Position numbers and translations under genes: made by a program. A stretch of 59,645 bases of DNA, counting the filler. It is 7 parts of 7 records of this genome, joined end to end, with 100 filler letters (N's around TTAATTAATTAA, not from the genome) between each part and the next. Parts side by side here need not be neighbours in the genome. Positions count along the whole stretch, not along the records: positions 6,696 to 12,632 come from SRR31156797_31640; positions 12,733 to 22,459 come from SRR31156797_31666; 5 more parts are not named here. The stretch is one strand, 5' to 3'. Shown in pieces: positions 8,143-18,286 of the stretch. Below the pieces are notes generated by a model, which worked only from the letters and a program-made list of their open reading frames with translations, searched no databases and was not told the origin of the DNA. The stretch's first letter is position 1, and each line of letters starts with the position of its first letter.

Positions 8143-9984
8143 ATGTATCTATCAAATTTAAAACTTTGGAACTTTAGAAAATTCGGCAGTGAATCTCCGT
8201 TTGATATTAACAAGCCTGATCTAGATTTAAATTTCACAAATGGATTAAATGTTCTTATAGGAGAAAATGATTCCGGTAAAAGTGCTATTGTTGATGCAAT
8301 TAAACTTACACTAAAAACACATAGCTATGATTGGTTAAAAATTAATCATGAAGATTTTTATTTAGATTCAACAAGATTGAGAATTGAATTAAGATTTGAA
8401 AATCTTTCGGATAATGAAGCCAAAAATTTCACAGAGTGGCTGGGGTGGACAGGTGAAGGTGAACAAGTAGAACCATTTTTACGGTTGATATATGACATTA
8501 ATAGGAACTTAGATGACTATTACATTTACCCATCAGATATTAGAGCTGGTGTTGATGAGATTGGTTACCAATTAACAGCAGAAGCTAGAGAATACCTAAA
8601 ATCTACATATCTTAAACCATTGCGTGATGCAAAATCAGAATTAATTCCACGAAAGAATTCAAGATTAGCTCAAATCCTACAAGGGCATGAGGCTTTTAAA
8701 GGTAAAGATGATAATCATGTATTAGTTGGACTTTTTAAAGACTTTAATTCGTCAGTTGAAAACTACTTCAAAGGAAAAGATAATCAAGATAATGACCTTG
8801 CGGGAGAAAACTTACAAGGAAAAAAGTTAAAGGATGAAGTAGATAAGTTTATTCAAGCATTCTATTCGAAGGAAAAAGAATCAAATTTTGGAGTTCTTGG
8901 AAATTCGTTAAAAAACATCTTAGAAAAACTTGAATTATCAATTAAAGATGAAATAAATCCTGGTTTAGGCACCTTGAACAGATTGTTTATGGCTTCTGAG
9001 TTGCTTCATATACAAAAGAGTGACTGGAGTGGATTAAGACTGGGATTAATTGAGGAATTAGAAGCTCACTTACATCCCCAAGCACAAATGCAAATTATTG
9101 AGGCATTGCAACAAGAAGCTAATATTCAATTAATATTGACAACACATAGTCCTAATTTAGGATCAAAATTGAATCTTGAAAACCTAATACTGTGTACAAA
9201 TAATTCCGCCTACCCACTTGGTTCTGATTACACTCAACTAGAACCAGAAGATTATACTTTCTTAGAAAGATTTTTAGACACTACAAAAGCGAATTTATTC
9301 TTTTCCAAGGGGGTTATATTCGTAGAAGGTTGGGCTGAGGAAATCTTAATTCCTTCTTTGGCTAAACGATTAAAAGCTCAGGATATTATTAAAAATAATT
9401 TAACAGAATCTGGAGTCTCTATTGTTAATATTGGCAACACTGCCTTTTTAAGATATTCTCGAATCTTTTTAAGAAAAGAAGCCGACACTAATGTGTTGAC
9501 AAAACCAGTATCAATTATTACTGATGTAGATATTAGAGATTATGAAAAAGTTCCGAAATATGATGAAGACGGAAATATTATTAAGAATGCCCAGAATAAA
9601 ACCGAGTATGAATATATAAAAAGAGATGCTGATACTGTTACTACGGAATCAAAAGCAAAAGAAATAAGCATTTCAACAGATTGGGAAAAACAGAGTATTA
9701 AAGTATTTGTAGCTCCAAATTGGACACTCGAATATGCTCTGTTTAAATCAACATCTCTAAATGCCAAATTCTGTGAAATATTTAAGGAGATTCATCCAAG
9801 TATTGATTTGGCTAATGCAGAAATGGAATTAGGGAAGAAATTAATAAACAAGGGACTCTATAAAACAGAGATTGCTTATAAATTGGCTCATTCAATTGAA
9901 AGTGATAATATCATAGTAATTGATCAGAATGACGAAGCAATAAAATACTTAATCAATGCAATAAAATATGCCTGTAATGATTAA
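8143..9984 (+). CDS. gajA: OLD-family ATP-dependent endonuclease (GajA-like, ABC ATPase plus TOPRIM)
   Basis: Walker A GENDSGKS, LIEELEAHLHPQAQ, TTHSP, TOPRIM VEGWAEE and TDVD, TLEY; overlaps UvrD gene. Confidence 0.85.
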   Translation: MYLSNLKLWNFRKFGSESPFDINKPDLDLNFTNGLNVLIGENDSGKSAIVDAIKLTLKTHSYDWLKINHEDFYLDSTRLRIELRFENLSDNEAKNFTEWLGWTGEGEQVEPFLRLIYDINRNLDDYYIYPSDIRAGVDEIGYQLTAEAREYLKSTYLKPLRDAKSELIPRKNSRLAQILQGHEAFKGKDDNHVLVGLFKDFNSSVENYFKGKDNQDNDLAGENLQGKKLKDEVDKFIQAFYSKEKESNFGVLGNSLKNILEKLELSIKDEINPGLGTLNRLFMASELLHIQKSDWSGLRLGLIEELEAHLHPQAQMQIIEALQQEANIQLILTTHSPNLGSKLNLENLILCTNNSAYPLGSDYTQLEPEDYTFLERFLDTTKANLFFSKGVIFVEGWAEEILIPSLAKRLKAQDIIKNNLTESGVSIVNIGNTAFLRYSRIFLRKEADTNVLTKPVSIITDVDIRDYEKVPKYDEDGNIIKNAQNKTEYEYIKRDADTVTTESKAKEISISTDWEKQSIKVFVAPNWTLEYALFKSTSLNAKFCEIFKEIHPSIDLANAEMELGKKLINKGLYKTEIAYKLAHSIESDNIIVIDQNDEAIKYLINAIKYACND

Positions 9985-11966
9985 TGTAACTGATGAAGAT
10001 ATCACATTTGCTGAAAGCATTCTGTTAAAAGAGAATCAGCATTTCGATGATGAGAGAATTGAATTTATTAAAAACCTGAGCACAATTGACCTTCAAGCAG
10101 TTCCTGGTAGTGGTAAAACAACAGCACTTTTGGCAAAACTTCTGATCCTTGAAAAATATATGCCGTTAAAAGAAGGGCGTGGAGTTTTGGTTATCTCCCA
10201 TACGAATGCTGCGGTTGATGAGATAAAAGAGCGTATTGGAAAGTATTGTCCAAAACTATTTTCTTATCCCAATTTTGTAGGTACTATTCAAAGTTTTGTT
10301 GATATATTTCTTGCAATACCATTTTACGCTAATCAGTTCAAACAGAAGCCTTATAGAATTGACAATGAAATTTATGATGAACAGGTTGAGAAATTTTATA
10401 TAAACACACCAAATTTAAACTTAAAAACATACTTAGATAGACAAAATGATGGACTGAGCTTTCTTAAATCTATAAGGCTAACAACTCAGGGGAAGTTAAT
10501 TTCTTATTTGAACGGTACTCCTGAATCATTTAAGCTTAAAGATCCAACGAAACCTACATATAAATCATTATTGAATTTCAAGGTGAATATGCTTAAGAAT
10601 GGCTATTTGCATTTTGATGACGCTTATACTTTAGCAAATTTCCAAATTCCCTAAATCTTCTAGTTTATTACAAAAAAGATTTATGTACGTATTTGTTGAT
10701 GAAATGCAAGATATGGATTACCATCAACATGATCTGCTCGAAGAGTTATTTTATTCAGGAGAGAATAATGAATCTATCATCCAAAGGATAGGTGATAAAA
10801 ACCAAGCCATATACAATGGTGGTTCAGTGCATTTAGAATCTATTTGGAGCCAAAGAGAGAATGTGCTTTACATTAATGGAAGCCATCGATTAAATCAAAA
10901 TATTGCGTCTTTAGTGGAGAGACTTGCATTGACTCCGAATCCTGTAGAAGGACGAAATAGAAACATAGATGGTACTGAGATTAACATTAAACCTGTGATA
11001 TTTCTATACAAGGATAATTCTATAGGAGAAGTAATTCCTGCATTTGCAGAAAGAATACGTACTCATTTAGCAAATGGTGATATCTCTAGAGATTTTCCAC
11101 GTAAATACATGGCTATAGGTTGGAGACGAGAACTTGAGGAGGCTAATAAAATTGGACTTTCTGATTATTGGTCTGATTTTTCCATCTTAGCCCGTAATAA
11201 TCAAATAGATTATAAAGTTTTAGCTGATTATATATTGTTCTTTGATAAAGAAAAATTGACTTTTGAAGCAGTACGGAAAAATATATTAAATGCACTATTA
11301 AAAATACTCCGAATCGAGAATGTATATGATGAGTACAATAGGGTATATACAAAAAGGAAGTTAATTAATTTTATGAAACTTCTTGAAAACAATGTTTATG
11401 AGGTGTTAAGTCTAAAACTTTATAGATGGTCTATTGACAGCATTAAAGGAAATCGTGAAGATGTACTAGCATCAATAAGGGAATATATTCCTGATTTTTT
11501 AATGTCATTTGAAAAAGTTGTCGATAAATCTGATGACTTTATTAATGGAGCTTCAGAAATTAACATTGAAGATGTTTTAATGGATACACCGTCTAATGTC
11601 TTTCAAACAGAGGATGTTAATGTGGAGATAGGAACTATACATTCAGCAAAAGGTCAAACACATACTGCAACTCTATATCTTGAAACATACTATCAGAAAG
11701 ATGGTAGAGGATTAACGGCTAAATCATATGAATCTCAAAGATTGGCAGATCAGATATTAGGAACGCAAATAAGAGGTAATGTTGGTGCTAGAGTAAAGCA
11801 GTCTGCAAGAATGGCTTATGTGGGTTTTTCAAGACCTACACATTTACTTTGTTTAGCAATTCATAAGGATAGGTTCGATGCTGTTTTATCGAATATAAAT
11901 AGAGATTTATGGGATTTAGTTGAAGTCGTTGTGGAAACTGAAGTTGAAGCGGAGCAAGCTCAATAA
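9977..11966 (+). pseudogene. gajB: UvrD-like SF1 helicase (GajB-like), split by a frameshift near 10635-10654
   Basis: First frame has AVPGSGKTT, SHTNAA and GTIQSF; second frame has FVDEMQD, GDKNQAIY, SHR, TIHSAKG and YVGFSRP. Confidence 0.8.
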
Positions 11967-12053
11967 AACAAATTGCAGTGTTGCTTCTACCTGCATTAAG
12001 TTTTCCCCACTTGTGACGATAAGGTTAATCAGAAAAATAGAATAATACGAAAT

Positions 12054-12632
12054 ATGAAAAAGAATGTAATGCTACTTTTCTCTCTTTTGATAGTAGGGAT
12101 TGCTTATGGGCAGAAATTGGATGTATCAGAGTTTAAAGCTGAATATGTTGATTGGTACAATAAAGATTTGGCACAAGATGCCGTTATGGGTACAAGTGTT
12201 GATCGCTTATATGCTGAACTATTGCCCAGTTTGACTCTCAAAAAATCGGTGCTAGTGGCGGTTATCGATGGTGGAGTAGATGTGGATCATGAGGAGTTGA
12301 AAGGTAGAATTTGGATTAATGAAGATGAAATTCCTGATAATGGTATCGACGATGATCAAAATGGCTACATAGATGATATTCATGGATGGAATTTTTTGGG
12401 AAGCAAATCAGGAGAAGGAATCCATTTTGAGAATTTGGAGTACACACGAATTGTAAAATCAAAAAAAGGGAAAGATTATGCCGAGGCAAAGGAGCTGTTT
12501 GATAAAGAATTTGCCAAAAGAAAGAAGCAAAAAGTGAATTATACCAAGTTTAAATCAGCATGGAATAAAGCAAAACAGGTTATAAAGATTAAAACTGGTA
12601 TCACCCCCCGCTACCGCACGAGTCCTCTCGTG
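12054..12632 (+). CDS. S8 subtilisin-family serine protease (3'-partial)
   Basis: Signal peptide; catalytic Asp motif VAVIDGGVD; NGIDDDQNGYIDDIHGWNF. Confidence 0.92.
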
Positions 12633-12732
12633 NNNNNNNNNNNNNNNNNNNNNNNNNNNNNNNNNNNNNNNNNNNNTTAATTAATTAANNNNNNNNNNNN
12701 NNNNNNNNNNNNNNNNNNNNNNNNNNNNNNNN
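12633..12732. other. Artificial contig spacer
   Basis: N run with TTAATTAATTAA linker. Confidence 0.99.
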
Positions 12733-12962
12733 GAGAATTAAACTCAATCGCGATTAAAATTTGATCTCAAAAAAGTTTCTTAAACTAACAAAGACACTAT
12801 AATTATACTAATCTAATCATGAATTTCCTTGAAAATCTGTTTTCTTAACTATCTTTTTCATATTCGTATATATATATATTTCACCCCTTCGGTATATTTT
12901 TCTCTTTTCCATACTTTTGTTAAGCAACCAAGATTCGTTTTAAAAATGACACATAACAAAAC

Positions 12963-12992
12963 AAAAGAGGCTAGCCGTAAAGCTTAGCCTCT
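12963..12992 (-). terminator. Intrinsic terminator of decarboxylase gene
   Basis: AGAGGCTA/TAGCCTCT stem followed by T-rich tract on minus strand. Confidence 0.7.
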
Positions 12993-13000
12993 ATAACTTA

Positions 13001-14618
13001 TTAATATTCAAAATTTTCATCTATATATTTTTTAGCTTCATATACCTCTTCCAGCAAAATATCCATATGCTCATTATCGATAAACGGACTCATAGGATAT
13101 GCTTTTATCGCAACTATCATTCGTTTATTTTTAGTTGTCTTATATGAGTCAGTATATGATACCATTGAGGTTCCGTTTTTCTCGGCTTTAGTAATGATAT
13201 ATTCAGCTATTCGTTTATTATACTCATTTATCTTTTCAGTATACTCTTCCGGCATTTTATCGTGTAGTTCTTTCTTAAACAGAAGTCTTCCGTTATCACA
13301 TTTCACATCTGGATAAAGTCTAAAGTCTGTTACAAATGCAGGATTATGCCTGTTTAGCAAAGATATATCCTTACTAAGTTCCAGTTTCCTTCTGAAATAA
13401 TCTGAAACTGTTAATAAATGGGTAATGAGAGTTTCATATCCCTCTTTCCCCAGAATTTTCATATTTACAAGAGCTTTCTGCGCATAGTTTGGACGACTGG
13501 ATTCAAGTGTAAATGTTCCGGGTTGATAACCATCGCCATGATACAGGTATGGCATCTCTTTCTTAAACTTCTCAAGTAATAACAAATCTTTTTTATTCTT
13601 TACTACAATTACACTACATAAATAAGGACTCCAGCCTGTTTTGTGAAAATCTATTCCTACTGAGTCAGCATATTTTAGATCAGTAATTTTTGACACAACA
13701 TTTTGCAGATTCTTATTTAACTTTTCAGGTAATTCCGGAAAATCTAAATTATTTTTGAAAGTTAAATATGGCCAGCCGATCACTGCATCAGCATGAATAT
13801 GAATCTTGTAATTAACTCTTTTTTGGAATTTATCTCTAAGCTCAGCTATCTTCTTCAGCGGATCTATTCCAAATGCATCAGTTGTACCCATTGTCGCGTA
13901 GATAGTTCCAATACGTGCATTCTCACTTAATGTTTTCTCTAACTCCTGCTCTAACACATCAAGCTTCATCGTGTTATCATCTTTGGACGGAATCACCTTA
14001 ATATTATCTAAACCAATTCCTGTCCAAATTGCTGATGATTTTATACTATAATGTGAGACATCTGAAGAGAAGAAGTGTATCCTGTCTCTTATCCCTGTAT
14101 GCTTTGCATCAGGATCAGCTTTCTCTATACCTATTCTTGCAGCATAAAGATTGCATCCTGTCCCGCCAAATGTAAATATTCCTCCAGCCGATTTTTTATC
14201 AAAATCTATTAAATCTGCGAGCATCCCAACTGCCATAACTTCTGATTGTGCAGCACTCATACCATAATGATCCCATATAGGGTTCTCATTGTATCTCGCC
14301 GCCAGTGCTGCTGCAACAATTGATATTGTTGTTGGCGGAGGAACGACATTTACTTGCATTAGAGGATGTGACCACAGGGAAACTCCTTCGTATAATTCAG
14401 ATATCTCGTTTAATACCTCTTCTTCGTCTTTTATCTTCAAAGGAAAAGTTGATTCTAAAAATAGTTTTTCATAATCCAGATCTTTTTTACTGCCAATTAC
14501 TGTTCCTGACTTTTTTCTTATCAATTACTATCAAAATCTTTTGCAATAGCTTAATTATTTTTTCCTCTTCCTGTTCTGACTTTGTAAAATATTTTCTTAT
14601 CTCATTTATGCCAGGCAT
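13001..14618 (-). CDS. Group II PLP-dependent amino-acid decarboxylase; probable true start 14618 with a frameshift at about 14487-14524
   Basis: GGTGCNLYA, MGTTDAFGIDP, HIHADA and PLP lysine in GIDFHKTGW; GGAGG RBS precedes ATG 14618, none precedes TTG 14524. Confidence 0.88.
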
Positions 14619-14694
14619 ATACTACACCTCCAAAAAAATAGTCTTCAATAGTAGTATATTATTTTAATCAGGAATTTCCTTCGAAAATATTTTT

Positions 14695-14856
14695 TTATAT
14701 ATCTTTTTCTTCTGTTTTCTCATCTATATCAATATTGTTTTGCGATTCTTCTATTGACTTCTCTGTTTCTTTTCCCATAACTGAAACAGGTAATAACCAA
14801 TCATGTAACATTAGCAGCGATAGAAGTGTCTCCCCTTGAACATCTTTGTTTTTCAT
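14695..14856 (-). CDS. 53-aa micro-ORF MKNKDVQGETLLSLLMLHDWLLPVSVMGKETEKSIEESQNNIDIDEKTEEKDI
   Basis: Translated by hand; GAGGT RBS directly after the previous stop codon; absent from ORF track. Confidence 0.65.
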   Translation of the reverse strand: MKNKDVQGETLLSLLMLHDWLLPVSVMGKETEKSIEESQNNIDIDEKTEEKDI

Positions 14857-14871
14857 TTTTCTTACCTCACT

Positions 14872-15012
14872 TTACCATAATTTCTGAATAGTATATGATT
14901 CTTCCTCACAACAATCACTTAACAGATAATAATATGCTACTGAAAATGGCTTTTTAATTAATCCCACTAATTTATTCTCACTTATAAACTGACTTTTAAA
15001 TTGATTTTTCAT
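14872..15012 (-). CDS. 46-aa micro-ORF MKNQFKSQFISENKLVGLIKKPFSVAYYYLLSDCCEEESYTIQKLW
   Basis: Translated by hand; RBS GAGGTAAGAA-ATG, near-identical to that of the next ORF. Confidence 0.65.
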   Translation of the reverse strand: MKNQFKSQFISENKLVGLIKKPFSVAYYYLLSDCCEEESYTIQKLW

Positions 15013-15040
15013 TTCTTACCTCGCTTTTTTATAAACGATA

Positions 15041-15118
15041 TTAAGTATTAACACCTTCCCAATTTAACTTTCCAACAATTTGCTTTATCCTATTTAAAAT
15101 TTCTATCATTTTTTTCAT
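15041..15118 (-). CDS. 25-aa micro-ORF MKKMIEILNRIKQIVGKLNWEGVNT
   Basis: Translated by hand; AAAGGAG RBS; first ORF after predicted promoter. Confidence 0.6.
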   Translation of the reverse strand: MKKMIEILNRIKQIVGKLNWEGVNT

Positions 15119-15154
15119 TCTATTCAACTCCTTTCAAATTTATTCTATGCATAT

Positions 15155-15219
15155 ATCTTATCCCTGTTTTACGATTTTTCTAAGCTACTAAAGTACTATT
15201 TTGAAAAAGTACTTTAGTA
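15155..15219 (-). promoter_or_regulatory. Activator-dependent promoter: perfect 12-bp inverted repeat TACTAAAGTACT-N10-AGTACTTTAGTA, -10 TAAGAT (15160-15155)
   Basis: Proximal box lies 25 nt from the -10; same geometry at 18191 and 22244. Confidence 0.7.
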
Positions 15220-15237
15220 AGATTTTTACAAAAACAA

Positions 15238-15268
15238 AAAAAAGCTATAGCCAGGCTACAACTTTTTT
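15238..15268 (-). terminator. Probable terminator of MalT-like gene
   Basis: Imperfect stem AAAAAAGCTATAGCC/GGCTACAACTTTTTT with flanking A/T runs. Confidence 0.5.
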
Positions 15269-15377
15269 ATTTATAGTGAGTTATATAATAGTTTTGCTAA
15301 CAACAGGTTTTGCATTTCGTAGGGACACATTGCTTGTGCCCGGGCATAAGATTTTTTATCTTTGTAATTCACTATCC

Positions 15378-18119
15378 TTAAATTAATTTTAATTCTCTTG
15401 CTTTTGCAACTGCCTCAGTTCTTCTTCTTACACAAAGTTTCAAAAAGATATTTTGATTATAGCCTTTTACTGTGCTTAAAGCTAAAAATAACTCTTCAGC
15501 TATCTGCTTATTAGAATAACCGTTTGAGATTAATTTCAATATCTCTAACTCTCGTTCGCTCAAAGCTTCTATTAAACTGGAGTTTAACATATTATCATCT
15601 TTATCTTCTTCAAAAGCTTTAATTAGAGCTTTAATAAATTCTGTTTTTTCTGTTTTTGAAGCAAACTCTTTTAATAGTTCATACATCTCTTTACCTTCTG
15701 ATTTGAAAAGAAGTATATGTCTTTCTTTCTCAGCTAAATTTATTAATTTTTGAAATTCAGAAAAATCATCATCTGTTTTCCCCAGCTTTCTCTCAAAAAT
15801 AACTTGAATGGCTAATAACTCCATTAAGTTTTTGATTCTATTTCCCTTTTCTGCTGATAATTTTAATCTATTTAAAAAAGCCACTATATCTTCAGAGCTT
15901 ATTTCACTCTCTTGCTCCCAGAAAAGCATAATATATGCTCTAAGCATCGTTATATGACTAAACTCATCTATATATTTCATATCATCATTTAGACTTAAAT
16001 TAGAGCTTTCTAACCAATCTAAAACCTTATTAACTGCTCTCTGTTTTATAAATATTCTGACTTTTAAACATTCAATTGCTTCAACTTCCGGAACAGGATT
16101 TATTATATAATTTTTTTCGGCATTATTAAGCTCATCTATCGCTTGCTCATACTCATCTATTGCCATTAAATATTTTGCATGAAAAATATTCCAGCTAAAC
16201 AACCAATCGGGAATAGCCACTTTTTCTCCATATTTTTTACTTAAATTAAGATTTTCTTTAGCTTTAAGTAGGTCACCTTGTTCTAATCTGACTTTTCCTA
16301 TTTCAACATATAAACTGGAAATCGTTAATTGTAAAAATTCTCTTTTTTCAAAAGCTAAATTCAGAGCTTCATTAGCAGTATCAAGTGCCTTATCTAATCT
16401 CCCCTGCTCGATCATTAACTCACATATTATCATTTTACAAAGAGTTCCACCTATATAGTTTTCAATTTCCATTAAATTTTTTATTCCAGACTTCATCACT
16501 CTCTCAGCAGGCTCAAATTCACCACTCTTCCAATATGATAATCCGAGTATACTCTCAACACCGCCACGCCTCATATAATCATTTTTCGGAAGAAATTCTA
16601 AAGACTCTGTGAGATACTTCTCTATATCATAGGGGGCTTGTGACACAAGTGCTAAAAAAGCCCGTGCTGAAGAGATAGCTGATTTTAAAAATGGAAATTC
16701 CTCTTCATCGTCAATTACATACTTAGTTTTAGAATTATTCTCATTAATATCAAATAAAATCTCCTCTATTTGCTGAATATTGGGAATAACCAAATCCATT
16801 TCACCTAAAAACAGTAAAGCCCAGGTATATTTTGAAATCAAAACCGGTCTGATATCCAGATATTCTTTTGGAAGTAAACTCATCATCTCAATCCAAGTAC
16901 TTGTTTGGACAATTTCACTTAATTTTCTTACTTCAGTTATTCTGTTATCCATCACAGAACAGATTAATTTTACTTCCAATAATCTCGCTGCCCTGCCAAA
17001 ATCTTCAGCTTTAATTGAATGATGAAATGCTTCTACATAAAGTCTGTTTTCTTCATACCATTTTGCAGCTCTTTTATGTAAAATCTTAATATCAATTTCA
17101 TTAATTAAATCACTTCGCTTGAATTGTTGCCCCAGTAATTCTTTAAATAGATGATGGTATCTGTACCAGACTCTTTCATTATCAAGTGGAATGATAAATG
17201 TATTTGCCTTCTCTAATTCGCTTAATACTTCCCGGGAAGATATTCCCTCATTAGTTAACAAGGCATCACAAAGTGGAGCACAAAATCTTTTTAAAATTGA
17301 GCTGTATAATAGAAATTTTTTAATTGTCTTATTTTGCCCTTTTAGAACTTCTTCTATTAAATAATCCATTACAAAACGATTTTTTCCTGAAAATGACGAA
17401 ATAAACTGCTCCCTGCTCTCTGTTTTTTGAAGTGATAGTGCAGATAATTGTAAACCAGCAATCCATCCCTCTGTTACATCTTCCAATATCTCTATATCTT
17501 TATCAAAGAGGTCTAAACTCATTACATCTGCAAAAAAATGTTTTGCTTCAGATTTAGTAAATCTCAAATCCTCAATACCTATCTCAACCAATTCATTTCT
17601 CACTCTTAATTTCGCAAGTGATAAGTTTGGTTCTTTTCTCGTTGTAATTATCACTCTCATCTGAGGCGGCATATGATCAAGTATAAAATCCAGTGAAGCG
17701 TTAACCTCATCTGAATCAATTAAATGATAATCATCAAGCACTAAAACAAAATCTTCTAACATGCTAATTTCATTAATCAAAATAGTCAATACTGCCTCAT
17801 TGGTTGTTTGTGCCGAGTTAAGTAAACTCTCAATAGCTTCTCCGAAACCTTCGAAAATCTTGCTTATAGAAGCAACCAAGTACATTATGAAATCCTCTAC
17901 ACTATTATCTCTCTCATCTAGTGAAAGCCATGCTGTCAGTTCAGTATTATTATCTATCCACTGACCTGCAAGAGTTGTCTTTCCAAATCCGGCAGGTGCC
18001 GAAATAAGTGTTAGTTTACTATCTAATCCTCTATTTAATTTATCTAATAATCTCGATCTGGCTATTAATTTTGATCTGGATTTTGGTATAAACAATTTTG
18101 TTGCCAATATATTTTTCAT
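15378..18119 (-). CDS. MalT-like STAND ATPase / LuxR-HTH transcriptional activator
   Basis: LATKLFIP start, Walker A APAGFGKTT, LVLDDYH, TEGWIAGLQL, WYRYHHLF, TPR-like region, LSERELEIL LuxR HTH. Confidence 0.95.
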   Translation of the reverse strand: MKNILATKLFIPKSRSKLIARSRLLDKLNRGLDSKLTLISAPAGFGKTTLAGQWIDNNTELTAWLSLDERDNSVEDFIMYLVASISKIFEGFGEAIESLLNSAQTTNEAVLTILINEISMLEDFVLVLDDYHLIDSDEVNASLDFILDHMPPQMRVIITTRKEPNLSLAKLRVRNELVEIGIEDLRFTKSEAKHFFADVMSLDLFDKDIEILEDVTEGWIAGLQLSALSLQKTESREQFISSFSGKNRFVMDYLIEEVLKGQNKTIKKFLLYSSILKRFCAPLCDALLTNEGISSREVLSELEKANTFIIPLDNERVWYRYHHLFKELLGQQFKRSDLINEIDIKILHKRAAKWYEENRLYVEAFHHSIKAEDFGRAARLLEVKLICSVMDNRITEVRKLSEIVQTSTWIEMMSLLPKEYLDIRPVLISKYTWALLFLGEMDLVIPNIQQIEEILFDINENNSKTKYVIDDEEEFPFLKSAISSARAFLALVSQAPYDIEKYLTESLEFLPKNDYMRRGGVESILGLSYWKSGEFEPAERVMKSGIKNLMEIENYIGGTLCKMIICELMIEQGRLDKALDTANEALNLAFEKREFLQLTISSLYVEIGKVRLEQGDLLKAKENLNLSKKYGEKVAIPDWLFSWNIFHAKYLMAIDEYEQAIDELNNAEKNYIINPVPEVEAIECLKVRIFIKQRAVNKVLDWLESSNLSLNDDMKYIDEFSHITMLRAYIMLFWEQESEISSEDIVAFLNRLKLSAEKGNRIKNLMELLAIQVIFERKLGKTDDDFSEFQKLINLAEKERHILLFKSEGKEMYELLKEFASKTEKTEFIKALIKAFEEDKDDNMLNSSLIEALSERELEILKLISNGYSNKQIAEELFLALSTVKGYNQNIFLKLCVRRRTEAVAKARELKLI

Positions 18120-18190
18120 AATAAATCCCCCACAATTTACACATTTTATTTCCTAATATAAGTATAGCATATACGAATACTTAAAAACCA

Positions 18191-18231
18191 TACTTTAGTA
18201 CCATAGATTTTTTGATTATTTAATGTATAAT
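18191..18231 (+). promoter_or_regulatory. Activator box TACTTTAGTA, 25 nt, -10 TATAAT
   Basis: Box identical to the one at 15186-15195 (minus) with identical spacing to the -10. Confidence 0.7.
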
Positions 18232-18286
18232 TATATTATTAAGAATTATACAGAGAAATAAAACTTTAAGTTTAATGGAGGTAAAT

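Noticed and set aside
12733-12861. Short minus-strand ORF MKKIVKKTDFQGNS* downstream of the decarboxylase terminator
   Set aside because: At a contig end with stops in all frames; may be an error-ridden gene start and cannot be called.
14305-15386. Plus-strand ORFs 14289..14474, 14305..14667 and 15201..15386
   Set aside because: Antisense to real genes or spanning operator and terminator, with no RBS; the minus-strand micro-ORFs explain the region better.
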